Assembly: GCA_963547065.1 (NCBI GenBank)
Contig: CAUUQE010000001.1
Coordinates: 1-57,725, forward strand
DNA from: an uncultured Prevotella sp.
Lineage (GTDB): Bacteria; Bacteroidota; Bacteroidia; Bacteroidales; Bacteroidaceae
DNA: 57,725 nucleotides
Direction of reading: 5' to 3'
Shown: positions 29,053 to 39,296 of the stretch, piece after piece
Layout of the letters: every line of letters begins with the position of its first letter
How positions within the stretch are numbered: position 1 is the stretch's first letter
Program-made: the position numbers and the translations under genes
The notes under the pieces: generated by a model
Seen by the model: only the letters and a program-made list of their open reading frames with translations
Databases searched by the model: none
What the model was told of the DNA's origin: nothing

Positions 29053-30342
29053 ATGCTTGATAACGCTACGAAAACCCAAATTCTCCGGCTGATCAATCGC
29101 GAGGTAGTGCCCGCTGTAGGCTGCACAGAGCCTATGGCTGTGGCGCTTTGTACGGCAAAGGCTGCTGAAACACTCGGTATGCGTCCGCAGAAGATAACGG
29201 CCTTGTTGAGCGCGAACATACTGAAAAACGCTATGGGAGTGGGTATTCCGGGCACAGGGATGATAGGTTTGCCCATCGCCATTGCTCTTGGAGCTATCGT
29301 CGGGCGGTCGGAATATCAGCTCGAAGTCATTAAAGACCTCACGCCGGAGGCGCTGTCCGAGGGCAAGGCATTCATCGATGAACGCCGTATAGACATCCGG
29401 TTGAAAAAGATAACCGAGAAACTTTACATCGAAATACGGTGCGAAGCGGAGGGCAATACGGCCGTGGCAGTCATCGCAGGTGGCCATACAGACTTCATAC
29501 GCGTGGAGCGTAACGGCGACATATGGCTCGACCGTTCCCGACAGGCGGTCGAAACAACGGAAGAAAAAGACGTTTCGCTGAACCTGAAGATGGTTTATGA
29601 TTTCGCTACAACTACGCCAATCAACGATCTGCGCTTCATTCTAAAGACTAAAGATTATAATCTCAAGGCCGCCGAAGAGTCGCGCAAAGGCAATTACGGT
29701 CACTGTCTCGGCAAGACGATGGATAGGCCCTTGAGCCACGGAATATTCGGAAACAGCATCTTCTCGCATATTCTTTCAAAGACAGCCTCGGCATGTGACG
29801 CCCGTATGGGGGGAGCTATGATCCCCGTAATGAGCAACAGCGGCTCCGGCAACCAAGGTATATGTGCCACAAACCCCGTGGTTGTGTTTGCTATGGAGAA
29901 CGAAAACACCGAAGAGGAGCTTATTCGAGCGCTCACATTAAGCCATCTCACAGCCATATACATCAAACAGAGTCTCGGCAAACTGTCGGCCCTTTGCGGC
30001 TGTGTGGTGGCAAGTATCGGTTCGAGTTGCGGCATTACTTACCTCATGGGTGGCGACTACAACCGCATCTGCCATGCCGTAAAGAATATGATTGCCAATC
30101 TTACCGGTATGATATGCGACGGAGCGAAGCCCAGCTGCTCACTTAAAATCTGTTCAGGTGTAAGCACTGCGCTGCTTTCGGCGCTGCTCTCTATGGAAGG
30201 AAAGCACGTAACAGCGGCCGAAGGCATTATAGATGAAGATGTAGACCGCAGCATCCATAACCTTACGAGCATAGGTAAAGATGCCATGTGTGCCACAGAC
30301 GACATGGTTCTGCACATTATGACGAGCAAACAGAATTGCTGA
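29053..30342 (+). CDS. L-cysteine desulfidase / serine dehydratase alpha-like protein (UPF0597, YhaM/CyuA family)
   Basis: Motifs PAVGCTEP, DARMGG, MSNSGSGNQG, LSALCG and GMICDGAKPSC. Confidence 0.88.
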   Translation: MLDNATKTQILRLINREVVPAVGCTEPMAVALCTAKAAETLGMRPQKITALLSANILKNAMGVGIPGTGMIGLPIAIALGAIVGRSEYQLEVIKDLTPEALSEGKAFIDERRIDIRLKKITEKLYIEIRCEAEGNTAVAVIAGGHTDFIRVERNGDIWLDRSRQAVETTEEKDVSLNLKMVYDFATTTPINDLRFILKTKDYNLKAAEESRKGNYGHCLGKTMDRPLSHGIFGNSIFSHILSKTASACDARMGGAMIPVMSNSGSGNQGICATNPVVVFAMENENTEEELIRALTLSHLTAIYIKQSLGKLSALCGCVVASIGSSCGITYLMGGDYNRICHAVKNMIANLTGMICDGAKPSCSLKICSGVSTALLSALLSMEGKHVTAAEGIIDEDVDRSIHNLTSIGKDAMCATDDMVLHIMTSKQNC

Positions 30343-30426
30343 TCGGCGGACATAAACATCCACCCCATAAAACAACCTATGCAACAGTGGATTACTTACA
30401 TTGCAAGAGTTGTTTTATTACAGTGT

Positions 30427-30492
30427 CTGTCTAAGATCGCCAGACACCCCGTTTAAAGTACTTAGACAGACCGTTTAAAGGCGATAGATGGC
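30427..30492. repeat. Degenerate 22 bp-period array of internally palindromic units
   Basis: CTGTCTAAGATCGCCAGACACC at 30427, CCGTTTAAAGTACTTAGACAGA at 30449 and CCGTTTAAAGGCGATAGATGGC at 30471. Confidence 0.6.
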
Positions 30493-30674
30493 ATATTTAT
30501 CTGAGAGAGATAGTAAGAGTAAGTTTCAAAAAGGGTGAATAATACCGCATCTTTTCATGCATTTTCTTTGCCAAATGCAAATTTATTTGTAAATTGGCAC
30601 CGCCTTTCTATGAGGCATAGGTCATGAAAGACCTAAAATTATACAACTACCTAACATTCGTAAAAGAACACGAC

Positions 30675-31688
30675 ATGATTATCCTATACAAAAGATATTG
30701 CTCCCCAAAAGTCCTATTCTCTTGCATCGCTTTGCTGTTTGCCGTTGGTGATGCATCTGCTTCTACCGCACGGGCGGCCGACTCTTTGGCAACAGACGAT
30801 TGGGCCATTGTGAACGTATCGGTTTGCAATCTGCGACAGGCCGGCGATTACAATGCAGGACAAGCTTCGCAGGCGTTGCTCGGTATGCCCCTGCGCGTGA
30901 ATCAAAAGAGCGGTGCATGGCTGCAAGTTACCACCCCCGACGATTATGAGTCGTGGGTATTGGCACAGACGGTGCAACAGGTTAGCCGAGCCGAGCTCAC
31001 TGCATGGAATACAGGCAGGCAGGTTGTGGTTACTGCCCTGTATGCTTTTGTATACACCAAGCCCGATGTAGCGGCGCAAACCGTGAGCGATGTGGCAGCC
31101 GGAGACCGCCTGAAGCTGCTCGGCAAGCATGGTATGTTTTTCCATGTGGGCTATCCCGACGGGCGCAGAGGATATCTGCATGTGCGCAACGGACAGGAGA
31201 TAAGGGCGTGGCGCAGAGCTGTCAAACGTAATGCACAGAGTATCATTGCCTCGGCTAAACGGCTTATGGGACTGCCATACATGTGGGGCGGTACGAGTAC
31301 GAAAGGGGTGGATTGTAGCGGCTTCGTGCGTACGACGTTGTTGATGCACGACATTATTATTCCTCGCGACGCCTCGCAGCAGGCTTACAAAGGTGAACAT
31401 CTGGAGATAGCACCCGACTTCGCCAATCTCGTAGCGGGCGATTTGGTGTTCTTCGGCTCACGTGATGAGCAGACAGGCAAGCCGCATGTGAGTCATGTAG
31501 GCATCTATCTGGGCGATAAGAAATTTATTCATTCGCTCGGGTTTGTGCATATCAACAGCTTCAATCCGCAGGATAAAGAGTACGACGAGTACGATTTGAA
31601 CCGGTTGTTGTGGGCTCAACGAGTGCTACCCTATATAAATAAAGAAGACGGTATGAGCACCACCGATCGCAATTCTTATTACAAATAA
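30675..31688 (+). CDS. NlpC/P60 (C40) gamma-D-glutamyl peptidase with SH3b domains (YkfC/dipeptidyl-peptidase VI-like)
   Basis: Motifs PYMWGGTSTKGVDCSG, PRDASQQ, GDLVFF, HVGIY and FIH; signal peptide. The start may be 30624 or 30675. Confidence 0.88.
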   Translation: MIILYKRYCSPKVLFSCIALLFAVGDASASTARAADSLATDDWAIVNVSVCNLRQAGDYNAGQASQALLGMPLRVNQKSGAWLQVTTPDDYESWVLAQTVQQVSRAELTAWNTGRQVVVTALYAFVYTKPDVAAQTVSDVAAGDRLKLLGKHGMFFHVGYPDGRRGYLHVRNGQEIRAWRRAVKRNAQSIIASAKRLMGLPYMWGGTSTKGVDCSGFVRTTLLMHDIIIPRDASQQAYKGEHLEIAPDFANLVAGDLVFFGSRDEQTGKPHVSHVGIYLGDKKFIHSLGFVHINSFNPQDKEYDEYDLNRLLWAQRVLPYINKEDGMSTTDRNSYYK

Positions 31689-31737
31689 ACGCCGGTCGGC
31701 ATAAAAACGAAAGATATTCCACATAACAAGAAAAATT

Positions 31738-32907
31738 ATGAGTAACAGACGAGAGTTTCTGAAAAAGGCTACGTTGGCCACAGTGGGGGCGGCCGTCTCC
31801 ATCAACAAGGCAGACGCCATCGGCAAGATGGTGCTCCCTTTATTCAATGTCAATAGGAAAGCCGGCCATACAGGCAGGCTCGAAATGAAGTTCTTTCCCT
31901 ATGAATTGAAATTGCGCCATGTGTTTACCGTGGCTTCTTACTCGCGCTCGACCACTCCCGACGTACAGTTAGAGATTACATACGACGGTGTTACGGGCTA
32001 CGGAGAGGCCTCTATGCCGCAATATCTCGGGCAGTCGGTGGCGAGTGTCACGGCATTTTTAAGCAAAGTAGATCTCGGTCAGTTCCACGATCCGTTCCAG
32101 TTAGAAGACATTTTGAGTTATGTAGACGGCTTATCTGCAGGGGATACGGCAGCCAAAGCGGCCATCGACATCGCTTTGCATGATCTTGTAGGTAAGCTGC
32201 TCGGTGCTCCGTGGTATAAAATATGGGGACTTAACAAGGCTAAAGCGCCTTCTACCACCTTTACAATAGGCATTGATACATCCGAAGTGGTAAGACAAAA
32301 AACACGGGAATGTGCCGACAGGTTCAATATATTAAAGGTGAAGCTGGGACGCGACAACGATAAAGAGCTGATAGAAACCATTCGAGGGGTGACAAAACTA
32401 CCGATTGCCGTAGACGTAAACCAAGGATGGAAAGACCGACAGATGGCTCTCGATATGATATACTGGCTGAAAGAGCGTGGTATCGTGATGGTGGAACAGC
32501 CCATGCCTAAGGAACAAAAGGACGATATTGCGTGGATAACGCAGCAAAGTCCGCTGCCTATCTTCGCCGATGAGGCTATACAGAGGCTGAAAGACATCAA
32601 GAATGTGGAAGGGGCCTATTCGGGTATCAACATTAAGCTGATGAAATGTACGGGTATGCGCGAGGCTTGGAAGATGCTGAACTATGCACGCGCCATCGGT
32701 ATGAAAGTCATGGTGGGCTGCATGACGGAAACTTCGTGCGCTGTAAGTGCTGCGGCTCAGCTGTCTCCGGCCGTAGACTTCGCCGATTTGGACGGTAACC
32801 TGCTCATCGCAAACGACCGTTTCAAAGGTATGGAAGTGGTGAAAGGACGGATTACACTGCCCAATCGTCCGGGCATTGGCATAGTGAAAATATCACCGAA
32901 AGCATAA
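31738..32907 (+). CDS. L-Ala-D/L-Glu dipeptide epimerase (enolase superfamily) with Tat-type leader
   Basis: Leader NRREFLK; motifs KVKLG, DVNQGW, EQP, DE, NIKLMK, GCMTE and DLD. Confidence 0.9.
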   Translation: MSNRREFLKKATLATVGAAVSINKADAIGKMVLPLFNVNRKAGHTGRLEMKFFPYELKLRHVFTVASYSRSTTPDVQLEITYDGVTGYGEASMPQYLGQSVASVTAFLSKVDLGQFHDPFQLEDILSYVDGLSAGDTAAKAAIDIALHDLVGKLLGAPWYKIWGLNKAKAPSTTFTIGIDTSEVVRQKTRECADRFNILKVKLGRDNDKELIETIRGVTKLPIAVDVNQGWKDRQMALDMIYWLKERGIVMVEQPMPKEQKDDIAWITQQSPLPIFADEAIQRLKDIKNVEGAYSGINIKLMKCTGMREAWKMLNYARAIGMKVMVGCMTETSCAVSAAAQLSPAVDFADLDGNLLIANDRFKGMEVVKGRITLPNRPGIGIVKISPKA

Positions 32908-32919
32908 CTCGCTGATCAC

Positions 32920-34260
32920 ATGATGACACACTATCGCCTACATATCGCCCTTGCGCTCGTATTCTTGAGCTGTTTCATGGCTGCCGAAGCGCAGTTGCAA
33001 CCCGCCGATCTGCACCATCGGCTACTGACAGACTTCAATAAAAGCCACGACGAGGTGAAAAACTATATCCGGAGATATATACCGGATGCGACCGACGAAC
33101 AGATGGAACAGTGGGAGCAGACAAAGGCTCTGGAGACAATGGTTATAGACGGTAAGAAGCGTTATTTCCACAATGCGGCGCCCAATCTGTTCCGTATAGA
33201 CCCCGAATGTGCCCGTATCAAAGCGGCGAAAGACGGCATAAAGGTGGAAGGTTCCGAAGAGATAAACAAGGAAAACGTGCCTCTGATTATCAGAAATGCG
33301 GCGAAAGACGGCCTGCGGATAGCCGAACCGAAACGACACCGCGTTACTTATACACTGACAGTAGAGGCAGATGCCGTGCCTGAAGGGCAAATTATTCGCT
33401 GCTGGTTGCCTTTTCCGCGAACGGATATAGCACGACAAACCGACGTAAAACTGCTGAGTACATCTGAAAAGAGTTACAAACGTTCTCCCGAAAGTTGTGC
33501 CCATTCCACTCTGTACATGGAGAAAAGAGCTGAAAAAGGTAAGCCCACGGTGTTTCAAGAGGTTTTTGAATACACATCTAAAGGATGCTGGTACGACCTA
33601 CAACCCAAACAAATAAAACCCTATAATACGCGCACTTTATTATATAAGAAGTACACCTCAGAACGCGATCAGCACATCTTATTCACACCACGACTGCGCT
33701 GCATTGCCGACAGTCTTACCCGCGGTGAGCGACATCCATTGCTGAAAGCGAAAAAAATCTTTGCATGGATCGATGCTAACTTTCCTTGGGCATCGGCACG
33801 TGAGTATTCTACGATTAAGAATATTCCTGAATATGTGATGGAAAATCGTCACGGAGATTGCGGACAGGTGACACTACTTTTTCTTACGCTTTGCCGTATC
33901 AGCGGCATTCCGGCCCGTTTCGAAAGTGGTTTTATGATGCATCCGGGCAGCGAAAACCTACATGATTGGGGCGAAATTTACTTCGAAGGTTTGGGATGGG
34001 TGCCCGTAGACATGTCATTCGGTATGCCGTCTTACGCTGTCAACGAGCAAGAACGCTGGTTTTTCCTCGGTGGAATAGATTCGTGGCGTATGGTGGTTAA
34101 CACCGATTTTGGTATGCCCTTATGGCCCGAAAAGAACTTTCCGCGCAGTGAAACGGTAGACTTTCAACGCGGAGAAGTAGAATGGGCCGGCGGTAACTTG
34201 TATTTCGACCAGTGGTCGTGGGATTTGGAAGTTACGCCTATAGAAATACCTTCGCCATAA
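32920..34260 (+). CDS. Secreted transglutaminase-like domain protein
   Basis: Cys-His-Asp triad in HGDCG, HDWGEIY and GWVPVD; signal peptide. Confidence 0.85.
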   Translation: MMTHYRLHIALALVFLSCFMAAEAQLQPADLHHRLLTDFNKSHDEVKNYIRRYIPDATDEQMEQWEQTKALETMVIDGKKRYFHNAAPNLFRIDPECARIKAAKDGIKVEGSEEINKENVPLIIRNAAKDGLRIAEPKRHRVTYTLTVEADAVPEGQIIRCWLPFPRTDIARQTDVKLLSTSEKSYKRSPESCAHSTLYMEKRAEKGKPTVFQEVFEYTSKGCWYDLQPKQIKPYNTRTLLYKKYTSERDQHILFTPRLRCIADSLTRGERHPLLKAKKIFAWIDANFPWASAREYSTIKNIPEYVMENRHGDCGQVTLLFLTLCRISGIPARFESGFMMHPGSENLHDWGEIYFEGLGWVPVDMSFGMPSYAVNEQERWFFLGGIDSWRMVVNTDFGMPLWPEKNFPRSETVDFQRGEVEWAGGNLYFDQWSWDLEVTPIEIPSP

Positions 34261-34317
34261 AGTGAATAAGTCTTTATCTCCTAAATCAATTTAAAACTAT
34301 CCTCAGAAATATCTTAC

Positions 34318-34505
34318 ATGGATGCACTAACCATTGTTATCACGATTATGGTCTATTCCTATTGTTATTCTCGGTTTCTTATTTTGTCGGTCGTAAGACC
34401 GACAATACCGGTTTCTTTTGTCGGTAATCGTAAATCGAAATGGTGGGTGTAGTCATTGCTACAATGGGTTCTTTCGTATCCTGCGTTACTTTTGCCAGCG
34501 TACCA
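34318..34505 (+). pseudogene. Decayed sodium:solute symporter, N-terminal remnant
   Basis: With three frameshifts it reads MDALTIVITIMVY/LLLFSVSYFVGRKTDNTGFF/VGNRKSKWWV/VIATMGSFVSCVTFASVP, the typical SSS N-terminus. Confidence 0.75.
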
Positions 34506-34630
34506 CGGCTTTGGCCTCTAATAGTTTGTTTCGGCAGCAGTCATAATGATATAGGGCGACGAAAATGTTGTTGATTTGTGCCCGTCGCTTTTTTATCAGT
34601 TATTTCTTTATCTGTTTACGCTAATATCCG

Positions 34631-34662
34631 CTTGGCCATTTGTCATAATGGAAATAGCCAAG
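34631..34662 (-). terminator. Hairpin downstream of relA/spoT
   Basis: CTTGGCCATTT-N10-AAATAGCCAAG; the single mismatch becomes a G:U pair only on the minus strand. Confidence 0.45.
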
Positions 34663-34891
34663 GCTATACTACAGGTTGGAACTTTGCTTTCGGTGTATTG
34701 GTTATCTCTTTAGTGCCTGTGAGACAGGCATTATTTTGTAAAGTTTGGGAACTGACGTAGAACGCAGATATAATGATGTTGAACGAAGAATAAGTATTAT
34801 TTCTTGTTATGGTTACTTTGCTCTGTGCATGTAAAGATACGGAACGCCTCGTTCTCAAATGCTTGGTAGGTAAGGAAACAAAAGAAGAAAG

Positions 34892-37156
34892 TTATAAAAG
34901 TTGCTGGATTTCTTGTAAATCCTTGATGTTTTTCAGGTTGTCCATAATAATTTTTACTTCATCGCGGTCATGTACTTTTAATTCAATGATACCATCGAAG
35001 ATGCCTTGGTCGCTCGATATGGTTATTTTTTGTATGTTGGTATCGAGTTTCCCAGAAATGATTTCGGCCACATCTTGCAGCATTCCTTTTCGGTCGATGC
35101 CTTGGATTTTGATGCTTGCATTGAAATATAATTGCTTATGCATGTCCCACTTGGCATCAAGGATACGGTTCCCGAAACTTGATTTTAGTCGGTTCGCTAT
35201 CGGACATGTGCGTTTGTGTATTTCAATTTGGTTCTTATTGTCAATATAGCCTAATGTATCATCGCCTGGTATGGGATGGCAGCAGTTGGGGAAAATAAAT
35301 GTGTTGATATTATCTTCGGTGATGACGACGGGCTTTTTTTTGTTAAAGTCTTTACCCACAACGATAAATTGTCTGTCGCCTTGTGAGTTGTCTAGCTTCT
35401 TATCATGGTTGAAGAACGGCATGTATCGGCGCCAGCCCCCCGAAGTGTTTCCCCGTTTGTTTTTGCCGAGCAATTCGTTGAGGTCCCTTTCTTCTAAGAT
35501 TATGCTTTTTTCCCCGATTGCGAGGAAAAGACTTTCGTGTTTTTGAATCTCATGGAGAGTACATAGTCTGTCAATGACAGAGGTGGTCATCTCCATATCA
35601 TTCTCTTTCAGCCATTCGGCCAGAATAGTTTCACCTTTTTTTTGTATTTCTCTATTGTCGCGTCGCAGAATAGCTTGTATCTTGGCCTTGGCCTTGGCTG
35701 TAGAGACAAAATTAATCCATGACGGTTGTACATGCTGTGACTTACTGGTGAGTATCTCTACTTGGTCGCCGCTCTGAAGTTTGTGACTTAGCGGTACGAG
35801 CTTATGGTTCACCTTTGCACCGATACAATGACTGCCGAGGAAAGTATGTATTTGGAATGCAAAGTCTAAAGCTGTACAGCCTGCAGGCATGGTCTTGATT
35901 TCACCTTTTGGGGTAAATACAAAAATCTCTGATGCAAAGAGGTTTAGTTTGATGGCATCAAGAAAATCCATGGCATCAGGTTGCGGATCATCCAATATTT
36001 CTTTGATTGTACGCAGCCAGTCGTTCAGTTCGCCTTCATCTTCGGTGATCTCTCCCTCTTCTTTATATTTCCAATGAGCTGCAAATCCTTGTTCGGCAAT
36101 CTCGTTCATGCGGTCACTACGAATTTGTACTTCGATCCATTGTCCTTGTTTACTCATCAATGTAACATGCAAAGCCTGATAACCGTTGGCTTTCGGGTGG
36201 TTGAGCCAATCGCGTAGGCGGTCCGGATGTGATTTATAGATTTTGCTGATGGCTACATATATCTGGAAACATTCGTTGATTTCTTCTTCGCGTATCTTGG
36301 GGGTAAAGATAATTCTTACGGCAAGGATGTCGTAAATTTCGTCGAATGTAACGTGTTTTGTCTGCATCTTATTCCAAATAGAATAAGGACTCTTTACACG
36401 TGCTTTGATCTCATATTGTATGCCCATTTTATCAAGGGCTTCTCGGATGGGAGTGGTGAACTGCAGAAAGAGTTTGTCGCGTTCTTCTTTTGTGAATGAA
36501 AGCTTATTGGTGATATTCTCGTATTCCTGTGGATGTTCGAACTTGAAGCTCAGGTTTTCGAGCTCGGTTTTGATTTTATTCAGTCCGAGACGATTGGCTA
36601 AGGGGGCGTATATATATATGGTCTCTCCCGCAATCTTATATTGTTTGTTGGGTGGTTGACTGGCTAAGGTACGCATGTTGTGCAGACGATCGCATATCTT
36701 GATGAGTATCACACGAATATCATCACTCATGGTGAGTAGTAATTTCTTGAAGTTCTCTGCTTGAGCTGATGCCTTGTCACCAAAGATACCTCCAGATATT
36801 TTGGTCAGCCCGTCAACAATCTGTGCAATCTTTGGACCGAAAATATTCTCTATGTCTTCCACTGTGTAGTCAGTATCTTCTACTACATCGTGGAGGAGTG
36901 CTGAGCAAATACTCGTTGAACCGAGACCCATTTCTTCACAGGCAATTTGTGCTACAGCAATAGGATGCATGATATAGGGCTCGCCGGATAGGCGACGTAC
37001 TCCTTTATGTGCCTGCCTTGCAAAATGGAATGCTTTGGTGATAATGTCTACTTTTTTACGATGACGCGATGCCAAATACGTATCTAGCAGGTGTTGAAAC
37101 GATTTGTTGATCATCCTGTCCTCGATAGTCTCCTCTTTTTTTTCTTTTTGCGTCAT
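34892..37156 (-). CDS. relA: Bifunctional (p)ppGpp synthetase/hydrolase, RelA/SpoT family
   Basis: HD hydrolase (LLHDVVEDT), synthetase (RVKSPYS, YDILAVR, NGYQALH, EVQIR), TGS and ACT domains. Confidence 0.95.
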   Translation of the reverse strand: MTQKEKKEETIEDRMINKSFQHLLDTYLASRHRKKVDIITKAFHFARQAHKGVRRLSGEPYIMHPIAVAQIACEEMGLGSTSICSALLHDVVEDTDYTVEDIENIFGPKIAQIVDGLTKISGGIFGDKASAQAENFKKLLLTMSDDIRVILIKICDRLHNMRTLASQPPNKQYKIAGETIYIYAPLANRLGLNKIKTELENLSFKFEHPQEYENITNKLSFTKEERDKLFLQFTTPIREALDKMGIQYEIKARVKSPYSIWNKMQTKHVTFDEIYDILAVRIIFTPKIREEEINECFQIYVAISKIYKSHPDRLRDWLNHPKANGYQALHVTLMSKQGQWIEVQIRSDRMNEIAEQGFAAHWKYKEEGEITEDEGELNDWLRTIKEILDDPQPDAMDFLDAIKLNLFASEIFVFTPKGEIKTMPAGCTALDFAFQIHTFLGSHCIGAKVNHKLVPLSHKLQSGDQVEILTSKSQHVQPSWINFVSTAKAKAKIQAILRRDNREIQKKGETILAEWLKENDMEMTTSVIDRLCTLHEIQKHESLFLAIGEKSIILEERDLNELLGKNKRGNTSGGWRRYMPFFNHDKKLDNSQGDRQFIVVGKDFNKKKPVVITEDNINTFIFPNCCHPIPGDDTLGYIDNKNQIEIHKRTCPIANRLKSSFGNRILDAKWDMHKQLYFNASIKIQGIDRKGMLQDVAEIISGKLDTNIQKITISSDQGIFDGIIELKVHDRDEVKIIMDNLKNIKDLQEIQQLL

Positions 37157-37206
37157 ATCATCAGTTTCATATTACTCCATATTCGCAGTATCCTATCTTT
37201 ATAGTA

Positions 37207-38541
37207 TTATTTTACCTTTAGTTTTTTACCGGCACGGATATTCGATCCACTGATTCCGTTCAACTTCTTTAATGTTTTTACGGTGGTATGATTTCGTGCT
37301 GCTATCTCTGATAGCGTATCTCCTTCACGTATGGTTATGCTTTTACCAGCTTCAGCACGTTGTTTATGTTTCTTTTTGTCTTTTTTTATCCTTTTACTTC
37401 GACTATACGTGTGAACGTGCGTATACGTGGGTATGTCGTCATTAACTTCAACTTCGGTACGCTTGTTCAGTAAGTCTGCGTTATAAGCATAAATAGCATC
37501 TTCTTTGTCAATGAACGCATTAATCTTTGAGACAGGCAGTCTGAGGGGCGAAGGTTTGGTGCTACCGTTTACTATATTATGACGATATTGCGGATTTAAG
37601 TCTTTCAGCTGTTCTGCATTGATATTGAGCACATGGGCAATTTGGTCGAAATGTATATCTCGATTCACTACGATTGTATCTGTCTTCATGGGGAGTTCCG
37701 TTACCATAGGACATATATTGTGATCACAATAGTAATTCATGATGTAGTTGGCTGCTATAAATGCCGGTACATAACCGCGCGTTTCTTTTGGTAAATAGGG
37801 ATATATTTGCCAATAATCGGTTTCTCCTTTTGCTCGGTGTATAGCTTTGCTAATTTTATCAGGACCACAGTTATAGGCTGCGATTACAAGATTCCAATCG
37901 CCGAATATCTTATAAAGATCTTTTAAATAATGGGCAGCTGCGTAAGAAGACTTTACAGGATCGCGACGTTCATCTACCAAAGAGTTTACATCCAATCCAT
38001 ATCTTTTGCCGGTTGCGAGCATGAATTGCCAAAGGCCGGTAGCACCCACACGCGATACCGCTTTTGGGTTTAGACCAGATTCTATAACAGGAAGATACTT
38101 TAATTCCAAAGGTAGACCGTAGTTTTCAAGAGCCTGTTCGAAGATAGGCATATAGAAATTGGTCGTTCCTAACATGATACTGACTGAACGGCGTAATCTC
38201 CCGCTGTATCTATCAATAAACTTTTGCACAACATCGTTGTAAGGCATTTCGATGACGGTAGGGAGTTTACTGAGTCGCTCCTTGTATACGTGTTTGGCAT
38301 ACATTGGATTGATATTAGGCATATTGCAATTTGTATCAGGTCTCAGATAAGTCCGGGTATTGTATAGGTGTAAGAGACTATCTACACCGGATGTCATCGC
38401 TTCCGGCAAATCGATAACCTCCTTTTTTCCATGCTGATTGGTAACTGTAATCTCTGTTTCGTCATCATTGTTCTGTGCTTGTATATTTCCTGCACAGCAT
38501 AAAGATGTCATTATTATCAGCAATAATTTAAATCTTTCCAT
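37207..38541 (-). CDS. mltD: Lytic murein transglycosylase with LysM domain (MltD-like)
   Basis: Motifs IESGLNPKAVS, GLWQF, AAYNCG and ETRGYV; C-terminal LysM (GDTLSEIA). Confidence 0.88.
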   Translation of the reverse strand: MERFKLLLIIMTSLCCAGNIQAQNNDDETEITVTNQHGKKEVIDLPEAMTSGVDSLLHLYNTRTYLRPDTNCNMPNINPMYAKHVYKERLSKLPTVIEMPYNDVVQKFIDRYSGRLRRSVSIMLGTTNFYMPIFEQALENYGLPLELKYLPVIESGLNPKAVSRVGATGLWQFMLATGKRYGLDVNSLVDERRDPVKSSYAAAHYLKDLYKIFGDWNLVIAAYNCGPDKISKAIHRAKGETDYWQIYPYLPKETRGYVPAFIAANYIMNYYCDHNICPMVTELPMKTDTIVVNRDIHFDQIAHVLNINAEQLKDLNPQYRHNIVNGSTKPSPLRLPVSKINAFIDKEDAIYAYNADLLNKRTEVEVNDDIPTYTHVHTYSRSKRIKKDKKKHKQRAEAGKSITIREGDTLSEIAARNHTTVKTLKKLNGISGSNIRAGKKLKVK

Positions 38542-38566
38542 TCTGTTTTTTTATGTTCTGTATCTT

Positions 38567-39295
38567 TTAGAAATTAATACTGCATTGTAGTCCTATCCCT
38601 GCTGAATTAAGCGGATTTCTACTGGTATTTCCGTTGATAATGGCGGGTGATATGCGAAGCGTAAGATTATCAGAAATGTCAAATTCCGATAGCGAGGCGT
38701 CCACATAAGCATCAATAACCGATAAGGCATATATACCGATCATGGTGAATATACTTAGATCACGCCATCGGCGATACCGGTCTTTACGCTTTCTGAATAG
38801 TTCTTGATATCTTTCTATGTTGTCTGGTGTTATTTTATTACCGAGATGAAGAAACTGGTCATAGCTATGAGTTTGCGAATCATTATCTACCAAGTCCATG
38901 TATGCTTGCGAATAGTCGCGATACATTTGATTGTTCCAACGCAGAGCGTAGACACCCCCCACAAAGCCTCCATAGACAATAGGTAATTTCCAATACTTAC
39001 GATTATATATTTGTCCGGCACCGGGCAATACAATCGCAAGCCATAATGCCCGCTTAGGACTGGGGCGCCATGTGTCCCAGTCATGTTTGTTTTTTTTTAT
39101 TACTTTACTTGCCTGTGGCAGTAACGTGGTATCTTTTCGTATCGATATCGTCTTAAACTCACTATTTGTTCCCCTCGTGTCGGACAATACAGTCTGTATG
39201 GTATCGGTTTGAGCCGTTACCTTCGGAATGATAAACCATGATAATGTGCCGACTATTAAACAGCCAACGATATATTTTATACGAACAGTATTCAA
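38567..39295 (-). CDS. DUF5683 domain protein
   Basis: Motifs PGAGQIYNRKYWKLPIVYG and IDAYVDA; conserved position after parB in Bacteroidota. Confidence 0.8.
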   Translation of the reverse strand: MNTVRIKYIVGCLIVGTLSWFIIPKVTAQTDTIQTVLSDTRGTNSEFKTISIRKDTTLLPQASKVIKKNKHDWDTWRPSPKRALWLAIVLPGAGQIYNRKYWKLPIVYGGFVGGVYALRWNNQMYRDYSQAYMDLVDNDSQTHSYDQFLHLGNKITPDNIERYQELFRKRKDRYRRWRDLSIFTMIGIYALSVIDAYVDASLSEFDISDNLTLRISPAIINGNTSRNPLNSAGIGLQCSINF

Positions 39296-39296
39296 T

